DNA from: Marsupella aquatica | Taxonomy: Eukaryota; Plantae; Marchantiophyta | NCBI GenBank assembly: GCA_973895155.1 | Contig: OZ316891.1 | Location: 11,223,875-11,287,874, forward strand | Length of the DNA: 64,000 nt | Direction of reading: 5' to 3' | Shown: piece after piece, positions 38,531 through 50,182 of the stretch | Layout: the number at the start of each line of letters is the position of its first letter | Position numbering within the stretch: the first letter of the stretch is position 1 | Position numbers and translations under genes: made by a program | Notes under the pieces: model-generated | What the model saw: the letters and a program-made list of their open reading frames with translations, nothing else | Database searches by the model: none | Told to the model about the DNA's origin: nothing

Positions 38531-41500
38531 ATTCAATGATCCAACTTTGAAAAACCAAAACAACTCTTTGATGTCTATGGAAAGCCTTTACCAGCTAAAA
38601 TTTCTGACCACCTAAGGGGGTAAGCCCAATTCAACTGTGTGGTAGAGCACCTCACAAGCTCAGGTACTAGGAGTGGGCCAGGCTAGGAGGTGAAACTCTG
38701 AAACTTTTGTTCCATCCAAGCAGACAGTCTCTCCAAGAGGTCCACTGAGTTTCAAGTGCCAACTGTACTAGGAATGGGCCAGGAGGTGAGAATGTGAAAC
38801 TTTTGGTCCATCTGTACAGAAAATCTCTTCAAGAGGTCCACTATCAAGCTAAGTCTATCTTCCCCCAAACACAGCCTCATGGTGTTGTGTTCAAAAAATA
38901 ATGGCAATTTGTGTTGCGTTGTGTACGGAATACCAAATGTTGCACATTGTTTTTCTTAGTAAAACACTCATATTTTACAAAATATATAAGATAAAGGGTA
39001 TTGTATTTTATTTAAATTGTGAAATCATACAAGTTCCAACAAAAAAAATCAATCTCCTTTGTTAAAAAAGGGGAGATATTTAGGGAGTATGAATAATAGG
39101 TTGGACAAAACAATTTCATAGGGTTCAATGGTGGGTAATAAAAGTTTGTTTTTTTAGATTTAGGCTTGAAAATTTTGTAAAAATGTTGGACATATTATGT
39201 TCTGGAAGTGCGGATCACTTTTATGGAAGAAGTGAAGATGGCAAGGAAACATCAAGGAGAATATTTATAGGGTGACTTTTAATTCAAAACAAAAGGTTTA
39301 AAAGAGTGACATCAAAAACAAATTAACAATATACAATGATGTATGAATATTTTACTTTCCAACAAAAAATTTGCACAAAAAAATGTTTATGCAAAAGAAA
39401 CCTCAAAAATAAAAGTATGTGACCGCATAACCACAAATAAATTAAAGTTTTGACCAGTGCACCAAACAAAAAATTGCACCGCCATACAAAAAAAAGTTTG
39501 CACACAAAACTCGCACTAAAAAAAACCCGCCCCATCAAAAAATATGTGCATGTGAACCTATAAATTTTGGGATGATAATTTTACTCAATGTGTTTTATTT
39601 CTACGCGCAAAAAAAACAAACCACCCACCCTAACATTCAGGGACCAATGGGGAGACAGCCAATGATTACATTTAACTATGGTTACATGACATGGATTTCA
39701 CTAGACATTGTATTTTGTATAGTATTGTATACATTGTACCTCTTTGCTATAATGGAATCAATGCATTCTTTCTCCAACATGTTGTGGTTATTTGGTGAAA
39801 GAATACCAAGCCTACTTACTTGCTTGGCCAATTATTTGTGTTACTTTGGCTTATTGGCATGAATATTGCATATTACCAGTGAAGAAATAAGTGATAGAGG
39901 TTACAATTGCTTAGTGACATGAGAGGGACTAATTGGATGTAGAGACTACCAATGGAGAGACTTCACCAAAATGAACCAATGATGAAGTATCTCAAGATTT
40001 TGCTAGGAAGTAGACTCTGTAGTTGCCAATTTGAGAGGTCAGAGCCCATTTGGGGAGTTGCTTAATGTAAAGTCCCCCACAAGTACGTGAGAATAAACAA
40101 TTATTCTACATACAAAATGTATCAATTAAATTCAAAACCATTTGCATCTTTTTTATACAAATTTGAAAAAAAAATGAGTACCTTAATAATTCATAATTTT
40201 GTCAAAATTAGATTATTAAATATCTTTGGTACAGTCAAGTCTTTGGTTATAATTAGTAGCCCAACTATATTTAAAAGATTAGCCTTCTCTTTTTGCATCA
40301 CATTCTAATAATCTAACTTGCCAATGATTCCCTAGGGTAGAGTCCAAAACATCTTTGAATCTACTCCTACTTGGCCTAGCTACTAATGTTCATATATAGA
40401 AGACGAGGAACAATGTGAGTGAAGGTGATATTAATTGGCAGATGAAAGTAGTAGTGGATTTCATTCATCTGCACCTAGTACTGAGAGGTGCCCCCCCCCC
40501 CCACCGGGTTTCCCCAATCCTTCTATGGTACCAATTAAGAGAGGATAAACTTGAAACTGAAAGACATGAAGAACTGAATTTCCAGACCTTAAGTGTTGAT
40601 CAAACCCGTTCTACAATCTACTATTGCAATAAGGAAATGAAGATGAGAAGATTCAACTCATACCCGCTCATATGTCCTTGGAGCTCTTAAGTATCCAGAA
40701 TGGGACGAGTTCTTAATTGGCTCACAAGAATAACCAATAAACTATGGTGAGCATGTTGTAGATTGATTAACCATAATTTCTTACATTATGCACTTGAGGG
40801 CATTACTTCTCGCTTTGGAGGATCTCAAAGCCATTTTTGCAACTATCATAGCTCTTGAGCCATAACAACATCACTACCCTTTAACCCTACTTTCATTGAC
40901 ACAAGAACCCATACTTAGAGGGTCTTTTGCTATAATTGATGATGAATTATTATTTGTTGCACCTATGATCTATAAAATGACAAAGTTCAGAAGCAATCAA
41001 GGCCTAACTTGAGTATGAACTCTCCTACTTGATTTGGATGCTGCTGTTGGAACGTAGACTAATTTACTTTCCTCAGTGCAAGCTATATCTCTAGTTCATA
41101 TTCCTTTGTTAGATGTGTCTTCTAAGAAGAAAGATGCAAATAGGATTACGACAAAGATACAAGAGGAAATAATGGAGGTTAGGGGGGGGACCGCAAACCT
41201 AGTCAAACCATTTTCAGAAGAGCAATTGTTTCTATCTTCCATTGCAGTGTGCTACAATTTGGTAGACATTGTAAATAAAGTTGTACAAATTAAAGGCTTA
41301 ATCTACTATGGTTGCCTCATCATCTCACCTAGCTTATTGCATGACTGTGGGCATATTGTTAAGAACTCCCATCGTACGAATCATACACATACCTTGTAAC
41401 AAAAATGTGAGCCATTTTATTATGATTTACCTTCTTAGTGTTTGGTTCACAGCCTTTTCAAAAATTTCTAGGTTGCTCCACTTTTTTGAGGGGCAGCTCC

Positions 41501-42171
41501 TTCCTTTCACTTTCATAAACCATTCATGTTGTAAATTAAAATTGTGTCCTATATAGCCCTTGTTTTTCTGCATATATTGGACAGCATGGCTGTAGTACGA
41601 GCAGCTAAAAATTAATAATAAAGGTGTTTCATGCAACGGTGCTCCATATGGAAAACTTGGGGTCCAACAACTTAGCACGTATGGATGAATAGTTTAATTT
41701 GCAAAATAACCTCAAATAATCGATGTTTACACTAGGTCTTTTTGATGCACAAATTAAAAGAGCCCACCCTCCTCTGCTCTACTCTACTTTTAATTTTTCG
41801 GCCAAATTCAAAGCCTTGTTGCTCGGATGATTCTCTTGCGACTACTGTATGTTGAAGGTGAGCCCCAACAAGCTCTTCTTGATAATATCCTCTTGTCCAA
41901 CTAAGATCATCAGTACATTGTCAAATAACAAAAATAATTGCAATAGTCCTGATCACTATATAGAGAACTAACTTTTAACGTCTGATAGCAAGTTGGTCCA
42001 CCTCCATGCCAAGGTGCTAACTAAGCCATGCAGAGGTGGCACTCCACAACTATTGCTCACAAAAAGGCCTCTACTTAGACAAATTTAATGACTCTTGCAT
42101 TCGGAGGGTTAAGATATGCATACTCAATGATTTGAGAAAGAGCGTTACCAAAATGCAGATTCAGGGAAACA

Positions 42172-42820
42172 TTGGATTTGAGGGACGCGGAGGATTAATT
42201 TCATGAAAATTTAAGACAAACAAATGAGGCACAATGTATGGTCTAAAATAATATTTTGGCAGTTGGGGGCAGTATGAACTATCAGGGGGCGCGCAGGCGG
42301 TGTGTGATAAAGTGATTATTCCTAGAAGGGGTTTAAGTATGAAATTGAGAAATTTCCAAACTTTTCAAACCTTACATAGTGCATTATGGGGACGGAAAGA
42401 TCTTTGAGTAACGTCAAGACCCAAATATTAGTGATGTCCCTTGAGTAGGGAGGTCCAGCCTATGACCAAAGAATGGCTTTTGCTTAAAGCAATATTGGAT
42501 TTGAGGGACAAGAGTATTTCATGCAAATTTAAGACAAACAAACGAGGCAGAGTGTATGGTCTAAAATAATATTTTGGCAGTTTGGGGCATTGTGAACTAT
42601 CAACTATTGCTAGGGGCAGGAGGTGTGTGATATAGTGGTTATTCCTAGAAGGGGTATAAAGTATTAAATTGAGAAATTTTTAAACTTTTCAAACCTTACA
42701 TGGTGTTTAATGAGGACGGCAATATCTTTGGGTAAAGTCAAGATGACAAAGACATTGTGGTCGGCCCAAATATTAGTTATGTTCCTTGAGTAGGGAGGTC
42801 CAGCCTATGACCAAAGAACA
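42172..42820. repeat. ~320-bp tandem duplication
   Basis: attggatttgagggac...gtatggtctaaaataatattttggcagtt...gagtagggaggtccagcctatgaccaaagaa at ~42172 and ~42494. Confidence 0.9.
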
Positions 42821-43949
42821 GACTTAATTCGCTTAACCCAAGGCAGTCAGGACGGCAAGAAGGTTAAGTCCCCTTTGTAAAGACATCTGAGTGGGACGTC
42901 CACCATTTCTCAGCATAAACGGCCAAGAGAGACCGGGAGGAGCCAAAAGAGGCTTGGATTTTACCTTGCACATATGTAAGCTTCCACAGTCCTAGTGGAT
43001 CAATTGTTTGAGTTTTTCTTGTCTACATTGTATTAAGGCCAAAGTAACCTTGGAAGATTACATGAATAGATACAAAAGACTTTTGTTATAGTTTCATTTA
43101 TCATAGTGAATTGTTGTCCATGATCCACAAAGAAGGTTGTTAGTTTGTCACCTTGATCAGCTTGCCCAACCAAAGGGCCCAATGTGTAGGCACAACCACA
43201 TCAGCTAACAAGGGGAATTTACAAACGATAGCAAACAGATAACAGTAACAGGAAACAGATTCTGGTACCAGTTAAAAGGAGCTGTTACCAGTGAACAGTG
43301 TTTGGATGGTCGTGAACAGTTATCTTAAAAAAGGTCTCAAAATCTCCATTTGAAAGTACAAGAATAGAAAACAAAACCACCAAACCCTCGTGATAAATAA
43401 AAGAACAACAAGGAAACAATTTTTTGAAACATAAAAGACGGTTGCCAATTGAGATACACAAAATCCAAGACAAATACAAGTAGAAAAGAAAGGCCAGAAA
43501 AAACATTCGCATATATTATCGCAAAATAGAAAATGCGCTCGGCTTAAGTGATACAAAATGCAGTTATCAACATCAACAATCTGGCCTAAAAATCCCATCC
43601 ATGAAGTCACGGTCGACACCGTTGGAGGTTTTCGACTAATACATGAACAGCGCTCGGCGCTAGCCAAAAACTAACTAGAAAACTAGTCGTTTCTTGGAGA
43701 CAAGATGCGTCCAAACCCAGACAACATAGTCAAGATCCATTCCCTCCCACAAAATCCATTGTCGTTTCAATAGTGCCCGGCGCTAGCCAAAACCTAAATA
43801 GTAGACAACCGGGAAAACTCTAACACCAGAGCTGAGGTCGACTTCAATGCCACAAAATCCGGAAAACTTTAGCAGCGCCCGGCGCTAGCTTAAAGCGATC
43901 AGCAAAAAAAAAATTCCATCTAGCTTTTCGAGTTGCAATCATCATCCAC

Positions 43950-44381
43950 TCATGCTGCTTCTCTCCGCCGATCTTTCTTGAAGCCGAGACCACGCAAACA
44001 AATGTATCCCTCTGAAGGTCCTCGACGAACAGCCCTCATAAAATGTTCATTAGGAATATTACTGTCCTTAAAATCAACTCGCCCGAACATTTCTTGTACT
44101 CTTCGATCGATTGGGAGTACCCCATCAACAAGAACTCCCGGGTGAGACGAAAACTGACTAGAGAACGGAGGCGCAGGGGAATCGACAATCCAAGGGATGT
44201 TCTTCTCTCCAGGACTAATAGCCTCATCATACAGGAGAGCATGACGGTTCCGAAAAGTGGAAGTTTCAGTTTCTTTAGTCTCCATCCGCGATTCAAAAGA
44301 GCTGAAATGGCTCTCTTCCGGACGCACACGAGAAGGACGAAAAGCTGCCTCCCAATCCATTGGCTCATATTGACTCACCAT
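43950..44381 (-). CDS. Hypothetical 143-aa ORF inside the MULE (unknown function)
   Basis: ATG-initiated ORF located between a palindrome cluster and the 13-bp array; no recognisable domain. Confidence 0.35.
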   Translation of the reverse strand: MVSQYEPMDWEAAFRPSRVRPEESHFSSFESRMETKETETSTFRNRHALLYDEAISPGEKNIPWIVDSPAPPFSSQFSSHPGVLVDGVLPIDRRVQEMFGRVDFKDSNIPNEHFMRAVRRGPSEGYICLRGLGFKKDRRREAA

Positions 44382-44529
44382 GTTTCAAAGATCCCGATCT
44401 AATATGTAACCTCTCCTCCCGTAAGAACGTCGTCCGCGAGTGCTATAGCCGACAAAGGTCAAAGAAAGGTCCGCGAAGACTAAGACGCCAGATAAAGGTC
44501 CGCGTACACTACCATTCCGAAACGACCAT

Positions 44530-44880
44530 CAAACTATCATCGTCCCATTCTATTGCCTCCCGTAACTATCTTCGCCTTGGTAACAGGTATCGTCCTGTTC
44601 TATCGCCCTGCTCTAACATCCCGTTCTATCGTCTTCCCAAAACAAAGTCTTCCCAAACAAACTATCATCCCGTTCTATCGTCACGTTCTATCGTCCTCCC
44701 GAAACAAAGTCTCCCCTCCCGTTCTATTATCCCATTCTATCGTCCCGTTCTATCGTCCCGTTCTATCGTCCCGTTCTATCGTCCCGTTCTATCATCCTCC
44801 CGAAACTATCGTCGTCCTCAACTATCGACGTCCCCAACTCTCATCGTCCCAAACAAACCTAAACTGAAACTATAGTCGTC
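44530..44880. repeat. Tandem array of a ~13-bp unit (CTATCGTCCCGTT)
   Basis: Near-perfect copies at ~44738-44795, degenerate copies either side. Confidence 0.9.
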
Positions 44881-45217
44881 CCTTCCGCCCGGTCCCTAAA
44901 CTATGGAATCATCGTCCAGAAACTATGGTCCCCAATGGCTTTCCGACGACTGACTAAAGAACACAATCCAAATGGCAGTTGGTATCCAATGACGATGACC
45001 GTTGACCCCGCCGTTGACAGGAAACGACAAAGACTAAACGGCCATTTAGAGATTCCATTTGGCGAGCGCCAGGCGCTTGTAAAGAACAAAAGTCAAAAGT
45101 AATCAACAAGTAGAGAGAAATCAACAATTTAAAAGGACCCTCAACAGAGAAAAATAATACAGATGTTACAAGCGCCGGGCGCTGCTAAAAGATTTAGCCT
45201 CAACTACCCACTACTTC

Positions 45218-48200
45218 TCACGGCTCTGAAGATTCTGAGTCGCAACCAGAATCTGTACTCTGGGATCTGTCCGTGGACACAGCCTCATCATCTACGTACT
45301 GGCTGCGGGAGAAGTCATCAACATAAGGATGTTTAATGAACTTTCGGTCAACACCCCTTCGTAACCGAAGACCTTTGTTTTCCCAGCAGAGTGTCCTTGC
45401 ACTTTCTGCTTTCCTTGCGGCTTTCTCTGCATAGGAGGGAAGAACAAACCGTTTTTCCGGTGTTTCTACGTTGTGTCTCGCGATCTTCCTCCGCAGTTTG
45501 AATCGTCTCCTTGCATTCCACTCTGACCTGATAGAACAAAGTCCATTTTGTAAGGCGCCTTTCCCCAAAACAACAAAAGAAATGTTATGAATTGACGGGA
45601 ATGGAGAAAGAAGCTTACGAGTTTCATCTGCAGTTGCACGACGCTCTCCCTTTTCCTCCTCGGAGTTTCTTGTACCTTGTTCCTCTCCACCTTCACTCAA
45701 TTCATCATCAGAATCAAAATTGAGAACCGACCAAAGCTTATCTCTCTTTTTTCTGTCGGCAGTAGGAACAGGTGGAGGTAACACTGCAATCTCTTTGGGA
45801 GACAACAAATCCATGAAAACCTTTGAAGCGGTTTCAATAAATTCTTTCCGGTGTTCTATCCTGAGTACAAATCGTCCAGAGAAGTCGCCAACAATGTAAG
45901 AGCTTCCAGCCCCAACAGTCCAATCCATAAAAATATCACGAGGCCGTGTGACAAGCTCTATAACAGATTGCATAAAACCCACAGACAGACGAGCATTTCT
46001 AGCAAACTCCATTTGCGGGAATGGATCTAATTTGAGTGAAGAGAGTCCGATGAAATTGGTAACCGAAGGGTCCTCACTGATGGACAGCGGCCGAAATTTG
46101 GGGTCTTTGGGAATTTTACATTTCCCATTAATTCGGCCAAATATGTCGAGCCTGAGGGTAAACATCTCTCGATCTGTCTTTGCCGCATACATCGGGTCAG
46201 ACATCACAATATTATGCGAGCATATACACTGAAATTTCCTTGACTCCTGACAGGCAGCAATGACTTGCGACATGGGATCGTACTCCCTATTGTGTAGAAT
46301 TACAAGGAACCCATCATCTGATAAAAATGGATCCATGGATTTGAAAAAAGATCTAGCCATTGAGTGATCTGGAATGTTCCATTTAGGAACCTTCTTATCA
46401 ATGATAGATGGTTTGAACCCGGTCGGTAGGTAAATGAAGCCGGCATCCACTCCAAACGATCTTACTTTTCCCCCCCGAACAACTCCCTTCTCTTTAAATC
46501 CCAACTTAACGAGGTCTTTTCCCCATTTCTCCACATCACTAACCCACTCGGGCTTCTCCTCCTTGTTGAACGTCGAGTCAAAAAATTCAGAAAGGCTTGT
46601 CTCAACCATGCAATGGCGAGACACAGTTGTTTTGAAGTTTCCAACTTCACGTTGGAAACCAGAAGCTATAACACACTCCCTTAAAGATTGTCCACCTTCG
46701 ACAGCTCTCTTTCGTTTCTTCCTGGTACTCGTGGCGTCGATAGGAACTATAACCTTCCCTTTGTCGATTGGAGTAATGGGGTCCGATCAAGCTCCCATGT
46801 TTGCCTCGGAAACTTCAGGTGTAGCATCCTTTTTCGTATCTCCCGTTCCCACCGTATTAGACTTCCTCCCTCCTAAAATATAACCAGGTCGTAGTTAGAA
46901 TAAGTACTTTTAAAGTATTGAAAGAAGCTAGCGCCTGGCGCTAACCAAATGCAATTCACTTAAGTCGCAACCGAAGCCTAATAACCAAGAAAGAGAATAC
47001 CCTCAACATAATATTTTTTGCCAGCGCTTGGCGCTGGCAAAATCATGGATAGCAATACTTACTCTTCTTTCCAGATTTAGTAGACTCGCTCGGTGCTGCT
47101 AGCTCCACTTTGGCTTTCGCGCGAGGTTTGCGACTCCGGTCCACATGCACAACAGTTGTTTCACAGATAGTTTGCAAGTTTGTGGCAGACTTGTCTACAT
47201 CGTCAAGTAGACCCTGCTTCATGTCGGACACAAGTTTTGCTGGCATCTGAGACTTTGAAAGCTTATGGAAGGCATCTTTTTCCCTTTGATCAAAAGGAGA
47301 ATCCCATCTATCTGTATCTAGATACCAGGGGCAGTGAGTTCTCTCCCATTCTGTCATTGGTCTCGGAGGAAATATGCCCTCCGTGGGGTACATAGAGTAC
47401 AAATCAGCCAAGGCATCATCTTCACTTATTGAAATCCACTTCATAAAAGCTGCAGGATATGCCCAGAAGTAATCAGGTTTGGTTACCTCCATGTGCATGT
47501 AGAACCTATACACAAACCTCTTCGCTCGCTTCTGGTTTCTCTGGGTGTAATCTTCTTTGTCAGGGTACTTTGAAGGCCACATAGTGTGAAAGAACTTATT
47601 CTTCATGGAATCACCAAATCTCTTGAATTCATTTGTAACAAACTGAACTAGATCATCAAACAAACTACAATTCCACTCTTCCAATCTAATCGCGGGCATG
47701 GTTTGCTCAACTTCACGTAGACATGAATGTAACATGCCAGCAACAATTCCCTCCACACTATTCCAAGTGATCCAAGTGTGGCACCACTGTTTGACTGGAT
47801 CATCGTTAACACTTGCTGGGTGAAAAAACTGTCTCCGCAGCTCAGGATTGCAATGTGCCACAAGTAAAGTGCTTCGTAACTTTGGGTCTAGAGCAGAAAC
47901 AGCGGTGAACAATCGTGCGCGGTCCATCGTACATACAACGGTGTCAGGCTTCTTCTCTCTCTTGTTTCTCTCTGTGACAGCATACATTTCTGCACATGTA
48001 CCGAGGAAATCTTCAAATTCAGGACTTAATAAGGGCATAATTTTTGAAGACTTCACTGCCCAATCTTTGGTTGCGTCTTTCATCATGGCCGCATGCCGTT
48101 TTGAAATCTCATCCGCCGACCATGGACTCCCTTGAGCCTCCGCTGCCTCCATGTCGAGTTTGAATTGATGCGAGTATGACTTTATCTTATTCTCACAAAG

Positions 48201-49272
48201 AATGTAAACAAGTGCTTCTTGTGGCATCTTCTTCGTATACCATGACTCCTTTCGAGTTTTCAGCCGAATGCTTTCAAACTTCTTGAAATTACCCGGGTCA
48301 ATCAGTTTACTGTAATACTCAAGGTCATGCGCCAGAATTCGTTTGATTCTGTCCGCATCCAGGATCCAGGAAGGCTCTACAACTGCTTGGCCAAGCCTAC
48401 ACGAACAAACGTTGAGAGTAAGAGTCAATGAAAAACAATTCATATATAAGCAGCGCCGAGCGCTAGTAAATACAACACTCGCAAGATTTAAGGAAAGAAC
48501 TGGAAATCATGAGAACTTACTGATTCACGGTGTGCATAGCTGCCTCAATTTCAATGAGAGATCCCTTGTCTCCTTTAAATATTGTACAGAGCACACAAGG
48601 ATGATATTTTGGATTGTCCGGGTTCTCCTCTGTTACAAGCGTCCAGGAGTACAGCCTGTGATTTCCATCGAATACAGAGAACATCTTATCCTTCAAGACG
48701 AGAAAATCCGGGTCAGCCTCGCATTCAGCCTCAAACTTCTCATTCTCCAATTGCCATATTGGATCCCATGAATCACGAATGTCCTGGGTACAGGTCAGAA
48801 CAATTCCGTTCTCATCCGTTGGCTGCACATAGAAACGCATCCCTATCGAAGAGTTGTAACCCATACTACGAAAAGAGTCTTTCAGCTTCTTGATGGAAGA
48901 GCTATCTTTCTGCAGAGTACGAACCACCTCCATGTGAACCAATCGATACAGAGGGATTCGAGGCGGCTCCTTGTCAAATCCACGAGAATCCTTTCCAAAA
49001 GACATGACATGTTTCGAAATGAGATCAGTCTCAGCAAGCGCGCAATCCACAACATCCTGGATCGCAATTGTGTCTACGTTGTCCATCTTTCTTCGCAAAG
49101 GATTTGGACCCAAAACACCGCTGACAGAAGTGAGCGGCAACAACTTTGAGGAACGAGTTACACGACGTGTATAGACTGAACCAGTAAACGAAGACTGCGA
49201 AGATTCAGAATAAGCTCGCTCCTGGTCAGGAACCGCACTATACCCTCTGGAAGAAGAGGGGAATACCTCCAT
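45218..49272 (-). pseudogene. ParB/sulfiredoxin N-domain + helical region + beta-class DNA amino-methyltransferase-fold protein; exons ~49272-48521, 48396-47063, 46872-45218; one premature TGA
   Basis: IPLYRLV..VVRTL...IKKLKDSF...FSVFDGNHRLYSW (ParB-N). VDAGFIYLPTG sits at the DPPY position, followed by VIELVTRPRDIFMDWTVGAGSSYIVGDFSGRFVLRIE (motifs X-I-II). GT-AG introns in frame; in-frame TGA at 46787-46789. Confidence 0.75.
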
Positions 49273-50182
49273 CGTCTTCCTTCTAGAAGCGTATGAACTA
49301 TCGTACAATGAAATTATGGAACTATAATCATCTCTGAACGTGTAATATATTCTAGCGGGAGGATGACATAACCTAGAGGAAAGCCATTAGCTCTGATGTT
49401 TGGCGGTTTCCAACGTCTGTATACGGAAGGTTTAATTACCAAAATCAAACGGTAGAAGATGCGTAACACACACGGAAGTCATAAGTTACCGTTGAATGTT
49501 ACCGTTAAAGACATTTCCTAACATCATATCAATACTAGCGTCGGGCGCTAGCATTAATGATGACCATCAAGGTGAAAAATTTAGAGTATGCTTATAATAG
49601 CGCCCGACGCTAGTATAAACTGGAAGAAATTTAGAGGTCTTTTTTGAAGGAGCTATGACATAAATTTCGGCCTTTCCACCCCCATATTTTATTAAAGTAT
49701 CCTTCAGTACATCGTTTACGGAGAAATATTCCTCAAATGTAATACTAGCACCCGACGCTAGTATAAATGTTCATTTATCATCCATAATCCATCAAAACCA
49801 TCCTTTGAAGGCACCATTTATTCCCAATTACCACCTGGTATGTGGTCATAATGTTCATTTTCAGGGAATTTATTCTATACTAGCGCCCGGCGCTAGTTTG
49901 GAATGTCGAGATTTCAGACACATTTTTAGTGGCGTATTTTAGTTAGCGCCAGGCGCTACTAAAATTTGACAATACCTTGTCATATCTTATGGTCTGTTTA
50001 AGTAAGGTTGGTGATCATTTTAGCAATATGTTCGTGTCTGACATCCGGACTTCTCGGGGAAAAAACGACAAAAATCATTTATGGTGCCAACGGATCCTCC
50101 ATCGTCAATGTTTTATGTCGTATACAAACGGATCGGTTAACGTCAAATTCCCAGGTTCGACAGATATAAGCTGAACAATACC

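Noticed and set aside
40400-41420. Possible LINE reverse-transcriptase relic
   Set aside because: Only faint, frame-broken resemblance; insufficient evidence
44360-44875. R/P/S-rich plus-strand ORFs of 104-171 aa
   Set aside because: Translation of the 13-bp tandem array
45218-49308. Bacterial contamination or prophage as the source of the ParB-MTase
   Set aside because: The gene has in-frame GT-AG spliceosomal introns and sits inside a TSD-bounded eukaryotic MULE
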